Origin: Blepharisma stoltei ATCC 30299
Taxonomy: Eukaryota > Protista > Ciliophora
Assembly (NCBI GenBank): GCA_965603825.1
Contig: CBFDEM010000036.1
Coordinates: 868,001 to 932,000 of the forward strand
Reading direction: 5' to 3'
Length of the DNA stretch: 64,000 bases
Every line of letters begins with the position of its first letter. Positions within the stretch are counted from its first letter, which is position 1. Both the position numbers and the translations under genes were made by a program. Below are positions 23,710 through 35,457 of this stretch, in pieces. The notes beneath the pieces are model-generated. The model saw only the letters and a program-made list of their open reading frames with translations. It was not told where the DNA came from and did not search any database.

Positions 23710-24708
23710 ATGTCTTGTCAGATCTGTTATGCTGAGCTCCCTACTGAGAAAATGATAAAATTAGGCTGCGGCTGTTTATATTGCAAAATATGCTTGAATA
23801 TCTGAATAACCTCTCAGCTTGATCATTATATTACCCAAAGCTTTATTGTTCGTTGCCCTAATGGAAATCCTCCACACTTCCTGAGCGAAGACGAAGTAAA
23901 AACTAGCCTCTCTGACTCTGAGCTTAATCATTATCAATTACTTATAATAAGACGAATTTTAATGCAGCAAGATGACTATAAGATCTGTCCTGCCAAAAAA
24001 TGTAATTATATTGGATGGACTGATAAAAAATGCCCAAATCAGCTCATATGTGAACTGTGTGGGACTAAATGAATTGACCCTTCACTAAAAGGAGACACTT
24101 TAGGTATTTTTGAAAGCTGCTATAAGCTTATTACAGGAAAAGAAATGGACATCTTAAGCGATATTTGGAAAGACACTTGAACAAAAAAATGCCCAAAATG
24201 CAGCTATCCAATTGAAAAGAATGGAGGTTGCAATCATATGAAATGTGAAAACTGTCATTACGAATTTTGCTGGATTTGCATGAATGGATTTAATAATCAT
24301 ATCCAAAAAATGTGCTATGACCATCTTTCAACAACATTTAAGATATTTTTCGGCTGAATGATAGCATTTTTGGCAATAAAATTAATTTACTCCTCAGATG
24401 TTTTGTGCGAAGTTCTTATAGGGATTTTAAGTTTGTTGGGATGCACCGTTATCGTTATATGGATTGGATTTATCTTAGCAGCCCAATTATTTATAATAGC
24501 CGTACTTATCTTAAAGAAAATTTCTGATCGTCGAATTGTATGGTTTTGCTGCTTAATAACTCTATTCTTTATTGATGCATTTATAGTATGATTGCTCAGT
24601 ATCTCTGAAGAAAAAGAAAGGGCCAGTGTTATTTTTTCATTTATATTATTTGGCAGCTCTTCATTATCTATTTATATTGCAGCTGTTATTTTATATAGCA
24701 CAGTGTAA
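23710..24708 (+). CDS. RBR (RING-IBR-RING) E3 ubiquitin ligase with C-terminal TM segments, 332 aa
   Basis: Open with 5 TGA=Trp; RING1-like CQIC...[12 protein letters not shown]-like CPAKKC...CELC, RING2 [33 protein letters not shown], hydrophobic tail; almost absent from the ORF track. Confidence 0.9.
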
Positions 24709-24764
24709 ATAATTTCTAATATAAAAATGCTTAAGATATAGAATTGTTTATTAACTTATTTAAT

Positions 24765-26651
24765 ATGGAGTGCTGCAACTTTAATTGCCAAAAACCAGCA
24801 GAAAACTCGCAAGCATGCCCGCTATGTAACACATATAAATATTGCTCAGAAGAATGCCGACGCCGCGACTGAATCAGCTCTCATCAGTTTGCTTGCAACC
24901 AAGCCCAGTCCTACACCTTAGAAGATTTCCAAGAGGTGCAAAATCCAAACCTAAAAATATTAGGAAAAGGATCATATGGAGAAGTAAAACTCGTGACTCA
25001 TATAAAAACTGGGAATTATTTTGCTTTAAAACAAATAAAAACAGAAATTCTTAAAAAGCACTCATCAGTATCCGTTTTATTAAGAGAAATCAATATTCAT
25101 AAGTCTTTAAGACATCCCAATATAATACAGCTTTATCAGCATTTTGAAAGCAAAGACAGCGTATATATTCTGCTTGAGCACGCAGCCCAAGGAAACTTAT
25201 TCAGATTAATCAGAAGATACCGAGGATTATCTGAGAAAAAAGCTTGGCATTATTATTCTCAGACTTGTATCGGATTAAAATATCTGCACGACAATCAAAT
25301 AATCCATAGAGATTTAAAGCCAGAAAATATTTTGCTTGATAAAGACAACAACGTAAAAATTTGTGATTTTGGATGATGCGTCCAAAGTAATGAAATGAGG
25401 ACAACCTTCTGTGGAACATTAGACTATATGGCTCCTGAAATGGTCCTAGGGAAAGGCCACTCTTTTCAGCTCGATTTGTGGGCGATGGGTGTACTTTTGT
25501 ATGAATTAATTCATGGATATGCTCCTTTCAGGGCTGTAGCAGATTCTGATAAATGCAAACAGATTTTGGCTTCTGAAGTAATTTATGCGTCACATGCAAG
25601 TCCTGAGGCCAAAGATTTAATTTCGAAATTAATCCGTGTAAACCCTGAAGAAAGGCTGTCACTTGACCGCGTTCTTTCACATCCTTGGATGTGCAAGTTT
25701 GCCCCTGTGTCTGAATATAAAATAAATCAAAGAGTAAAACATAAAGAATATGGCAAAGGGGTTATTACGGATATCACAGGGTTGCTATGTACAATTCATT
25801 ATCCGTCAAAAAATATAGACAAATATATATCTATAACTGATATTAATTTATTAGTTGACATTTTGTCTGATGAAGATGAAGATTTAAGGCTTGATAACAA
25901 TCCAAGAATGACTATTGGGACTAAAGAACGCTTACTTTTAGATAAATTTCAAAGCTGGATTAATAAGCCCACGAGAGGTAAAAAAAGAAAAAAGAATGGA
26001 AAAAACAATGCTATTAAAAATGCTCAAGAAATTAAAGAAATTGAAAGGAAAAAAGAAAGAAGATCGTCAATTCAATGCTTTGAAGACGTAGTTGAAAGGT
26101 TTAGCTTAAAAAATCATAATGGATTTGAAGATGTAAATACTAATATTGCGTTAGATCAAGAACGGCAAATTGTAAGTATTGAAGAGCCATCTCCAAACAT
26201 TGAATCAAGTGATGAAGAAAATTATAAAAATAGCATCAATGTTTTAGATACAGACTCTTATGGAGCTGGGCTCTTTGATTCATTGCAAGAAATATATGAC
26301 ATAAACCAAAATCGTAGGCAAAAACTCAATCAAGCCATTGTTACAACCTCAGCTATAAAAATAGCAAAAAAACAGCCTAAGTTAAAACATATGCAATTTA
26401 ATGAAAATAAATTGGCTGAAGCGAGCATAAATTCTAACTATAGTCCTCAGGCTAGATCAACCATTGATACAAGTGCGACTGCTCTTAAACAGAAAGAAGA
26501 TGAGCTAAAGCGTCTGACTCAAGGCCCAGAATTCAGACAAAGCCGTTCATCACAAAGCCGTCCATCAAATACCAAACCCAAAAAACCTCCTGAATCCTCG
26601 AAAGAGGTTCCATGGTACGCAAAGCTTTTTGGGTGTACTGACCGACAGTAG
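24765..26651 (+). CDS. Aurora-like Ser/Thr kinase with an N-terminal MYND zinc finger, 628 aa
   Basis: [20 protein letters not shown](TGA)ISSHQFAC; [19 protein letters not shown](TGA)[13 protein letters not shown]. Confidence 0.9.
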
Positions 26652-26730
26652 CTAAATCTATTTAATGTTTATTATTCTATAAAAATTTCTCGCTTTTTAG
26701 TTTAAAATTATTTATAAATATTTAAAAATT

Positions 26731-29700
26731 CTATTTTGCTTCAATAATTTCGTAAACCCTTAAAAGTTCTGATTTGTATATCTTCCAAGCTAGCATTGCT
26801 TCTACAGGATTTCTTGCTGTCACGCTTTCTAAGCAATTATCGATTTTCTTAACCCACTCGTCTTCACTAAGTGACACCCATTTCTTTTCACTAGTATCTC
26901 TCATTTTACTAATAATGTCCATAATGATTTCTTTACTAGAATTCATTTCACGTAGGACGTTTTCACTGTTTAGCTCCTCTTTTGGACTATAAAATGAATT
27001 TACATCGCCAATGCTTAATAAATTTTTTTCTACGCATTTTCCAAAAATTTCTTCAAGCTGGTTAATTTCTTCATCATCTTTAAAATTATCAATTCATTTT
27101 TTTATATCGTCTTTTGAGGATTGATATTTGGAAGGAGAAATTATCCTTGCCAGAATTAAAAATTCAGCGAAGGGCAGATGAGTTTTGTCTTCATTAAATC
27201 TTACGGCTTCAACTAGCATATAAAGCCCTTGATTTATTTTATTTTGATATTCTTCGTGCACTTCTACAAAAAGTTCTAAAACCGCTTCAATTTCCACAAG
27301 TCCTGAAGTGTTTATTTTTTTGGGGTCAGGTACTGTAAGCTGCTCAATTGTGACCGAAAGCCGAGAATGTGTTTGCTTATCTATAATTCCTTCCATTTTG
27401 GTATTTAAAAACTCAGTTGCTCTCGATTTTGGTATCATAGCTCGCTCAGCCGTATCATCATATGCAACTAAAATTCCTTTATTTGAGCTGATCATAGAAT
27501 GATAAGCCTGTATATAAAAGACAAAGCTCAATTTTGAAAAATTGGTGATCCCTATTCTTTTAGCAGCGCCTATAAACCTCATAAAGTTTACAGCCCTTTT
27601 ACTGTCTATTGAGTTAAATAAAGAAGAAATAAATTCAAAGAACTTTTTCTCTGATGTTTTTCTATAGCTATATTTCTGCATAAATTCATCATAAGTTTGT
27701 TCTACAAGCCCATCTAAGTATAACCCAGACGCTACTTTTGCTAAGCAGGCCGAATAAATTGAGCTAATCAGCCTATGCACCATTTTTCTAGTCATCGTTG
27801 ATTTTTTCCGAATTCTTTCCATTTTTCTAGTGATGAATTTTTCTAATAACGCAGGGGCAGGGTGTATAACTTTTTTCTGCATTATTGTTTCTTTTCGTTG
27901 GAAATGGAAAATTTTGAATTTTGTTGTTGAGGATTTTTCTTTTTTTGTGTGAAAAGTAAGCCTGGGATTTGAGTTTCTTATAACTTGAGCTTTGGCTTCT
28001 TCAGATGATATTAAGGTTTCTGTATTTATTTTTTGGATAATAAGATCTTCTTCAGTTGGCTGCTTTGTTATTTTGCCTGGAAACATTGTGACTATTCTTT
28101 TGGAGGTTCTCGTGATTTCTGGGATCTCTAGTACATTAGTATAGCTAGTCGAAAAAATTTGATACTGATTTTCAGCTGTATTTTCTTCATTTGAAGTATT
28201 TGTGTCTAATTTTGCAGGCTCATTAATATGAAAAGGTGAATAATCAGAAGTTCTTCCAGTGCTTAGAGTTTCAGTCTCATTAGTTTCTAAAGGATTATAA
28301 TAATTTTGATTGCCTGAGCTTTGTTTGGCTTCATCAATAATATTTTCATGCTTTCTATGATATTTAGTTAATTTTCGTTCTCTGGGTTTTGTTGATATAG
28401 CATCACTGCGCTTAATGGGAACTTTTTCATCTCCTTGTAGAAATTCATCAATTTTACCTTCTTCTTGATTAGATGAGGTATCATAACTCTGCTCAGACTC
28501 ATCAAGCTCTTCTGATAAAAAGCTATTTCGCTCTGACACTGAAATTGATGATCTTTCTGAAGCTGAAATTTGTCTACCAGACTGGTTAAAAATTGATTGC
28601 AGCCCAGAAATATTTTTTTCATTTACCAATACCATTGATACATGGTCAGACATATCAGAATACTGCAGCTGCTGTTTTTTCTCTGTGATTTCTCTATTTA
28701 AATTCTTAAGAATAATGATTTTTTTCTTGATCAAAAAAGTGATAAAATTTAATTTTGACTGTTTTTGCTGGATAATTCGTGATAAATTGTTATCTCGTTT
28801 TATATCAGAATTGCTTTCTTCCTCATTTTTTTCAGTTTCGTTATGCTTTATATTTTCGCAGCAGTAAGACTTATGCCTTTCGTCTTCTTCATATTCTTTT
28901 TTGGTGATTATTTGTTCAGATATGCAGGACTCTATTAAAGGTCTTTCTACATTAATTTCGCTAATTTCTGCTATGTCACTATTATTTTCCATTATGTCTT
29001 TTTCATTCATTCCAAGCTGATAGAATTTTTCCTCTTCCATTAAGTCTAAATCGCATTCTTCATTTTCGTCAATTATTTCTAAATTTTCGCTTTTTTCTTC
29101 TTCAATATCGCTAAAAGTCCCGTCTGGCCCTGGCTTTGGAAAATCAAGGTTTGGGTTATCGCTTATATTTTCTACGTCAAATACATTCCATTGGCATGAG
29201 GCGTCTTGAAACTGTTTTTCTCCTTCATTTTCGAGGTTTGGGTCTTTAAGTACTTGAATTTCCATGGCAGGAGTGTTAGCTTGAGCATTTGTTATGCTAG
29301 AAATATTACTTTCATCTATTAGAGCACTCCGACATTCGTCTTCTGACGTCGCACTTCCTATTGATGAAGCTCGATAACTTGATCGTTTAGATTTAGCACT
29401 GCTAAGCAGATTTTTGCTTAATAAAGGCGTTAATGTTCCAAAATTAAATAAGCTGCCACGTCTTGCTCCTTCTGTTATATCGAACGTCTGCTTTTTTAAA
29501 ATTTCATTGTGCTTCTTCAATGAATCATACTTTGCTTTTAATCTTAGCTTTGAATTTGTTTTTTTTACAATAATTTCATTTAACTCTTCAATTTTTTTTT
29601 CATAATCTTCTGTAATTTTAATTCTTTTATTTAGTTCATTTTCTAGCTCTTTTCTTTTATTTTCCTCGACTGCCTTTATACTTTCCCTCATTCTGCTAAT

Positions 29701-30492
29701 TTTCAGTAATTTTATTTTTACTAGCATATCAACGACTTCTTTAAGTATTTCTCCTCTTTCTACACAATGTACAGCAACTTGTCTGATTATTTCTTTTGCA
29801 CAAATATTGTATATTAAAAACAGCTCCTTTTGCGAACATTTACTGATGTCCTCGATATTTTTGTTTACTCCGACAATTTTATCTTTCATAAATTGAAGCC
29901 ATTTTTTGAGATTTTCGACGTCTTGCCGGCCTGCAGGATTCCCTAAATCTAGTTTTTCGTTTTCATAGATATCAGGAATAGAGCAGGAATTATTTCTGTG
30001 AGATCTTTTAATTCGTTGAGTCTGCAAGGTATAGTCGTTGCACTCTTCTTTTCTACAAGGCAAAGGAGTAAGAAATCCTGGGCTTGTTGGGCAGCTTGAT
30101 CCTAGCAATTCTTCATTTACTGCCAATTTCTGTAAGTGCTTTATATTTGTAGGAAGGATGCTTTGGATTAATTTTGGCTCAATTGATGGTAATGAAATTT
30201 TATCTTTTAAATGGGAGACATCTCTTGTTGGAGTTTCCCTTGTCATTAAGCGCTGGTTTTTTTCTTTATCAGATTTAAAAAAATCATTGATTTCATTTAT
30301 GCCTAATAATTTTAGACTGCTTTTCTTGCTCAGTGTTTGGCTAGGAGATATTTTTTTGAGCTTTTTGGTGTCAATTTTGGGGGTTTTGACAAAAAGGAAA
30401 TCTAAAATATTTTCGTCTCCTTGAAGTTGAATTATAGGTGTTGACCGAGCTCCATCATCAACTGTTGAAATCTTGTGATATAAGTGCTTCAT
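26731..30492 (-). CDS. Large coiled-coil protein with an axonemal dynein light chain (p28)-like domain, 1253 aa
   Basis: Two ORFs in frame across TGA 27094; EIIRQVAVHCVERGEIL resembles the p28 motif ELIRQVTxxCxERGxLL. Confidence 0.75.
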
Positions 30493-31179
30493 AAATAAAA
30501 AATATATAACTTATTTTAAGATAAAATGAAGTAATTGAGTGATATATTGAAAATAATAATTCTTAGATTTATTATGATTTTTATGAGGAAGCACAAGCTA
30601 ATATGTAAAATTTTTGGACAGATCATGCAATTTCTGTTTTATCTTATTATTAGAAAAAGAATCTTTTAAATGGTGTATTAATATAATAGATTGAATTTAT
30701 CATAGAATTTGTATTTCTTTGAAATAAATAAAGCGAGATTGGCATATTAATATACTTAAATAAAGAAAAATAATTTGGGAATAATTTCCTTTTTTAAGGA
30801 TTTTTTGTTGGAAGAAGCCATATTGTAAAAAACTGGAAAATTTCTAAAATTTCTTAAATGTTTAAATTAAAAAACAAAAAACTCTCAAACTTCTTTCTTT
30901 TCGACAAAATATGATAATTATTTGTCGAGTTTTTAATATATTATCTAATGATTATTTACTTATTAGTAATAAACAATTAACTAGAAAAAAAACAAAATAT
31001 TTCAGAATCTAATAAATTTTTATCTTTGATTTTATAAATTGAATTGAGGCAATATCTTTAAATTTTTGCGGCTATAATTATCTGTTTTATAAATCACTTT
31101 TCAGTAAATTTATTTGCCTTAAAAAATAAAAAAAAAGAAAAATCAATTTTATTTGATCCTTTGTGAACTTATCACTTTT

Positions 31180-32196
31180 TTATTTAATTTTAACATTTTC
31201 TACTTCTGCGTGATAATTTGCTAAAAATTTATGTCCTAATAATTGCTTAGCAGTTGGTCTTTCTCGCGGATTTCTTTTTAAGCAAGCCCTTATGAAGTCT
31301 TCAAGATTTGGATCTGTATTTGGGATATCAGGCAGATGATTAAGACTTCTAAGCATCTTCAATACATCTTTTGTATATTGTGAGTAATTTGACCATGGAG
31401 GCTTCCCTGTGGCCATATCAATTATAACACATCCAAGCGATCATATATCAGAAGAAATGCTATGCCCCTTTTTTAATGCTATTTCAGGTGCCATCCAATA
31501 AGGGCTTCCTTTCATTGATCCTGTTTTATTTCTAGATTTATTTTTATCTATTTTCTTGCTCGAACCAAAATCAGTTAATTTAATTATCCCATCACCAGTA
31601 ATTAAAATATTAGCAGGCTTCAAATCTCTATGAATGATTCGTTTATCATGAATATATACTAGTCCATTTAAAATTTGTTTTGCATAATTTCTGATAATTC
31701 CGATTTCTAGCTTTCCATATTTATTAATCAACTTTTTTAAAGTTCCATTAGAAACATATTCAACCACAATATCAACTGTTTGTTTACAATAATCAATATC
31801 AGTTTGGTAATACTTGATAATATTTTTATGATTTATATCCTTTAGCAGATTAATTTCCTGATTTATTTGTTTTCACTCGTTGCCTCATTCTAATGACTCA
31901 AATTTTATACTTTTAATTGCAAAGATTTCACCAGAGTCAAGATTTATACATTGATAAACTTTAGCATAAGACCCTTCCCCTATAAGATCACCTTTACGTC
32001 ATCTAATGCGCTGAGGTAATTTAAATGGATTGGCACAAGATAAGGAAAAATTGTCAAGATTGCTTAGTGATAGATCTCCAGTTGTCCTTTGGTAGTCAGA
32101 AGATGTATGAAACTGAGATTTATAGTTTGGGCATACAATTTGAATGTCTTTACATGTCTGTATTGAGTGTTGGCCTCAGCAGCAAATATTCCCCAT
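31180..32196 (-). CDS. MAP3K (STE11/NPK1-like) kinase with an N-terminal acylation motif, 338 aa
   Basis: Open with 5 TGA=Trp; MGNICCW, IRWRKGDLIGEGSY, HRDLKPAN, DFG, KGSPYWMAPE, DIWSLGC, MATGKPPW. Confidence 0.9.
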
Positions 32197-32348
32197 TTTA
32201 TGTCCATTTAAACTTTTTATGGCCAGTACTTAAAAACGGTTAATATTAAATATTATTTTACATAAAGGCAAGCTAAAGATTGCATTAATGTTAATAACTA
32301 AGCTTATATGATTTTATATACTATATTACCTAGCATCTTACTATCGCA

Positions 32349-33470
32349 TTACGCTTCTTCTTCAACAATCGTTTCAAAATATTGCTCTTTCAAAAATGAG
32401 CTCCTCGGCTGCCTTCTTCTATTTCCCTTAATTTTCCTTTCAATCCACCTTTCAGGGTTTTTCAAAGCTTGTATTACCCACGCATTCCAATTTTCTATTG
32501 GCACATTATTTTTCTGGACCTCATTATAAAGTTTTTGTATATCAATATTTTGTATTTGGCTATTTGTTGCTGATTTCATTTTAATCCCAAGACAAATCGA
32601 ATAAAAAAACCTCTGTAAATTGTCAGCGCTGCTTGACCTCTCCGGAATATTTTCTTCGTATTCTTCAACTTTTGTTGTATCTTCATCAAAAGTGGATGAA
32701 CTTACCGCTGAGGTATTTCCACTTCTGAAGCTGGAAATTTCACTAGAAATTTCTTCTAATTTCCGATTTATTTCGGTTTCTTTAATTCCTGGATGTTTTA
32801 ATAGCGTTCTTTGTAGTATTGTGGCTCTGGATTTGTATTTTTCAACATCTGTCCTTAGCTTGTCGACTTCTTGTTTTTTTTGTTCAATTTCGTATTCTTG
32901 GATGGCGATTTTTTGGTCTTGGGCTAAGGACTGTAAACGGTCAGCGTAAATTCTTATAGATAAAGAACCTCGAAAGGTGACTAATAAAGAGCTTAGGGAA
33001 TTAAGAACTTCAGTATTATCTTTAAAAGCTGGAGGAATTAGGTTGGAAATTTTACTGCATAACCGTGATAAAATTGCTATGTAGTTTTTGTCTCCTGGGC
33101 GAAGCCCAGGAGTAGTCGCTATATCAGATAAGCATTTTTCAAGTTTTTGAAGTTTAAAGTTCGTTTGCGTTAAGAAGGATCCAGATTCAACTTCTAGTAC
33201 GTTTTCTGAAACTCTGGTACATACTAATGAGTGTTCTTCAATAATATTAACATTTACAAGATTTTGACAGTTGATGCAGAGAATATTATATTCCGTTTCC
33301 TTTTCTTCTTTGGGGATTTTTTTTTCTTGCCGTCTTGTTGTGCTTAATCTTTCATAAACTGGGCTTAAGCCGACTATTACAGGCTGAGAAAAAGAAGGTA
33401 ATAAATGAACTTTTTGTGGGGACTTCGGGAGATTCTCTTTTGGAGTTCTTGGTGATGAGGATCTTCGCAT
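32349..33470 (-). CDS. Hypothetical coiled-coil protein with a possible C2HC zinc finger
   Basis: 373-aa intact ORF; CINC-x9-EEHSLVC; coiled-coil middle region. Confidence 0.75.
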   Translation of the reverse strand: MRRSSSPRTPKENLPKSPQKVHLLPSFSQPVIVGLSPVYERLSTTRRQEKKIPKEEKETEYNILCINCQNLVNVNIIEEHSLVCTRVSENVLEVESGSFLTQTNFKLQKLEKCLSDIATTPGLRPGDKNYIAILSRLCSKISNLIPPAFKDNTEVLNSLSSLLVTFRGSLSIRIYADRLQSLAQDQKIAIQEYEIEQKKQEVDKLRTDVEKYKSRATILQRTLLKHPGIKETEINRKLEEISSEISSFRSGNTSAVSSSTFDEDTTKVEEYEENIPERSSSADNLQRFFYSICLGIKMKSATNSQIQNIDIQKLYNEVQKNNVPIENWNAWVIQALKNPERWIERKIKGNRRRQPRSSFLKEQYFETIVEEEA

Positions 33471-33935
33471 ATTTTTGAGATTAAATTACCATGAAAAATT
33501 GGAATAAACTCAATACTTAAGTTTAATTTTGTTGGTTAGTTATTAAAAATGTCAATAAAAATTTTTTGAGAGTATTTTATTAGCAATTATGTTAATTTTT
33601 AAATAAAATCCGGAAAGAAAAATAATCGATATTTAGGATATGTCACTAATTCATTATAAATAGCTAAGTTGAAGCAAGAAACAAAGCAAATAAGCAATAT
33701 TTGTAAATAATGATAGCTATCTATTTTATGATTTAAGATATTAATTTTTATGATATGTACCCTAAAAATTTTGCCAAATATTTTTTAACAAAATTTTGTT
33801 TCTTAAAAATCAAATTTTTACATTTGGATAAAAATAAATATTAAATTTCGATTAGTTTTTTATAAAAATTATAAATAAAGGTATCTACCTGGTTTTGAGA
33901 GATATCTTAAGCTAAAAATCAAATTAATAAATGCA

Positions 33936-34286
33936 ATGAATAGAACTAAAAAAATTAGTATAGTCTTACCTTCAGTATTGTATAAACAGGCTAGCGAGCT
34001 GATAGAAATCATAGAAAGAGACCGTAATAACCGTCTTGAGAAAAAATTTATCTCAGACCCTTGAAGAGATCTTCATCCAAGCTCTAGCGAACTTCATAGT
34101 AAAGATAAAAGTGATATTTCTGATAGGAATCCGTTTATCCCAGAAGCACTTAACGAAGCTGTTCTTGATCCTGACGATCTAAGGGGAAATAAATGCAAAA
34201 TTATGTTTTACAGGATATTCTGCTGCTGAAAACAAAAGATGGAAATTTTACCTCTCGCAGGAGATACAAAATCAGAAGAGAAATAA
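33936..34286 (+). CDS. Hypothetical protein, 116 aa (not in the ORF track)
   Basis: ATG 33936 to TAA 34284 is open with 2 TGA=Trp (MNRTKKISIVLPS...IFCCWKQK...SEEK); GC-richer than flanks. Confidence 0.6.
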
Positions 34287-34341
34287 TAACTTAATATAAA
34301 CCTTGTAAAAGCTAAAAATGAGTTTTCTCTTATTAAAAAAA

Positions 34342-34414
34342 TGCGGCTTGTGAGGATTGAACTCACGACCTCGAGATTATGAGACTCGCGCTCTACCGAC
34401 TGAGCCAAAGCCGC
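34342..34414 (-). tRNA. tRNA-Met(CAT), elongator type
   Basis: 73-nt cloverleaf: GCGGCTT/AAGCCGC acceptor, GCTC/GAGC D-stem, CT-CAT-AA loop, GTGAG-TTCAATC-CTCAC T-arm; followed by a T7 Pol III terminator. Confidence 0.95.
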
Positions 34415-34484
34415 ATGAAAGCCTTGCTGAAGTTTAGTATTTATAGGATTCTTCAGAAATCCATATGTTATTAATTTTTGTAAA

Positions 34485-35423
34485 TTAACCTAAGATATTT
34501 TTTAGTATAGGCTCTGGTAAAGCATAAATAGGATCAATTTTTTCCAAATCGTGATAGCCCATGAGTGATAGTCCAGCAATTCCAAAAAAGGTATGAAAAA
34601 CATCTGTTTCATTTCCAGCTCGGTCAGCTATTCCTCCTTTGCCTTCTAAATCTTGTGCTCTGTTAATAAATTCAGACAAAGCTTCATAATTAACCCAATG
34701 CTGTCTGTTTATCATAAAGAAAGTAGAAAGGATCCACCAAGAATAGCAGACATCTGGGAGTTTCTCAGGTCTCCCATTAAAGCCGCCTGATTCAGTTTGC
34801 CGGAGCATCATCCAATATCCAAGCTCGTCTGCATCAATTAAATCAAGCCTATCAACAACCGCAAGTGCCCCAACTGCACAAAAAGTATAAGCTGCATGAG
34901 ATTCAGCGTCTGGAACAGCTCCAAAAGCACCTTCAAAATTTTTGCATCTAAGAATATAATCGACAGATAGCTGAACATCAATTTTATGAAGTCTATTCAG
35001 CAATTTCAAGCTTGAAAATCCACAGTAAATAAAGCGAAGATCAGTCTCTCCCCATTCATCTCCTTTAAAAGAGCCATCAGGATTTTGAAGTGAAGCTATG
35101 TATGATGCAATTCTATCAGGATCGATCAGGTGCAGCGAATTATAAAGTGCCAACACCAAAACTGCGTAGTGTGTATTTGTTATGTGAGGATCATGCTTTA
35201 AATTCCCTCCAAAGCCGCCGTTTTCATGCTGGCATTGGAGAATTCAGTTGACGATTTCTTCTTTTCTGTCTTCGTTTAAACTTTTTAATAAGCTTAGGCC
35301 GCCAATTGTCCAGTATGCGCCTCCCATTCTTAAATGCTCAAAAGAATAAGAACCGATGTCTTCTTCTTCTCTGGTGTCTGCTGATAAAAGATAAGAGATC
35401 TGCTTTGCTTTATCAAAAGCCAT
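34485..35423 (-). CDS. RABGGTB: Rab geranylgeranyltransferase type II beta subunit
   Basis: Extends upstream through TGA 35244 to MAFDKAKQ; EHLRMGGAYW, GDEWGETDLRF, GRPEKLPDVCYSWW, DVFHTFFGIAGLSL. Confidence 0.93.
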
Positions 35424-35457
35424 TTTAGTATAATTTAGTTTTGTGAAAAATTAATTT

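Noticed and set aside
30901-30928. Small hairpin TCGACAAA...TTTGTCGA
   Set aside because: An 8-bp stem in AT-rich intergenic DNA is compatible with chance
34208-34408. 66-aa ORF MAQSVERESHNLEV
   Set aside because: It is a translation of the tRNA-Met gene
34342-34414. U-U mismatch giving a 4-bp anticodon stem, as in some UGA-reading tRNAs
   Set aside because: The anticodon is CAT, and a U31-U39 pair is normal for eukaryotic elongator tRNA-Met
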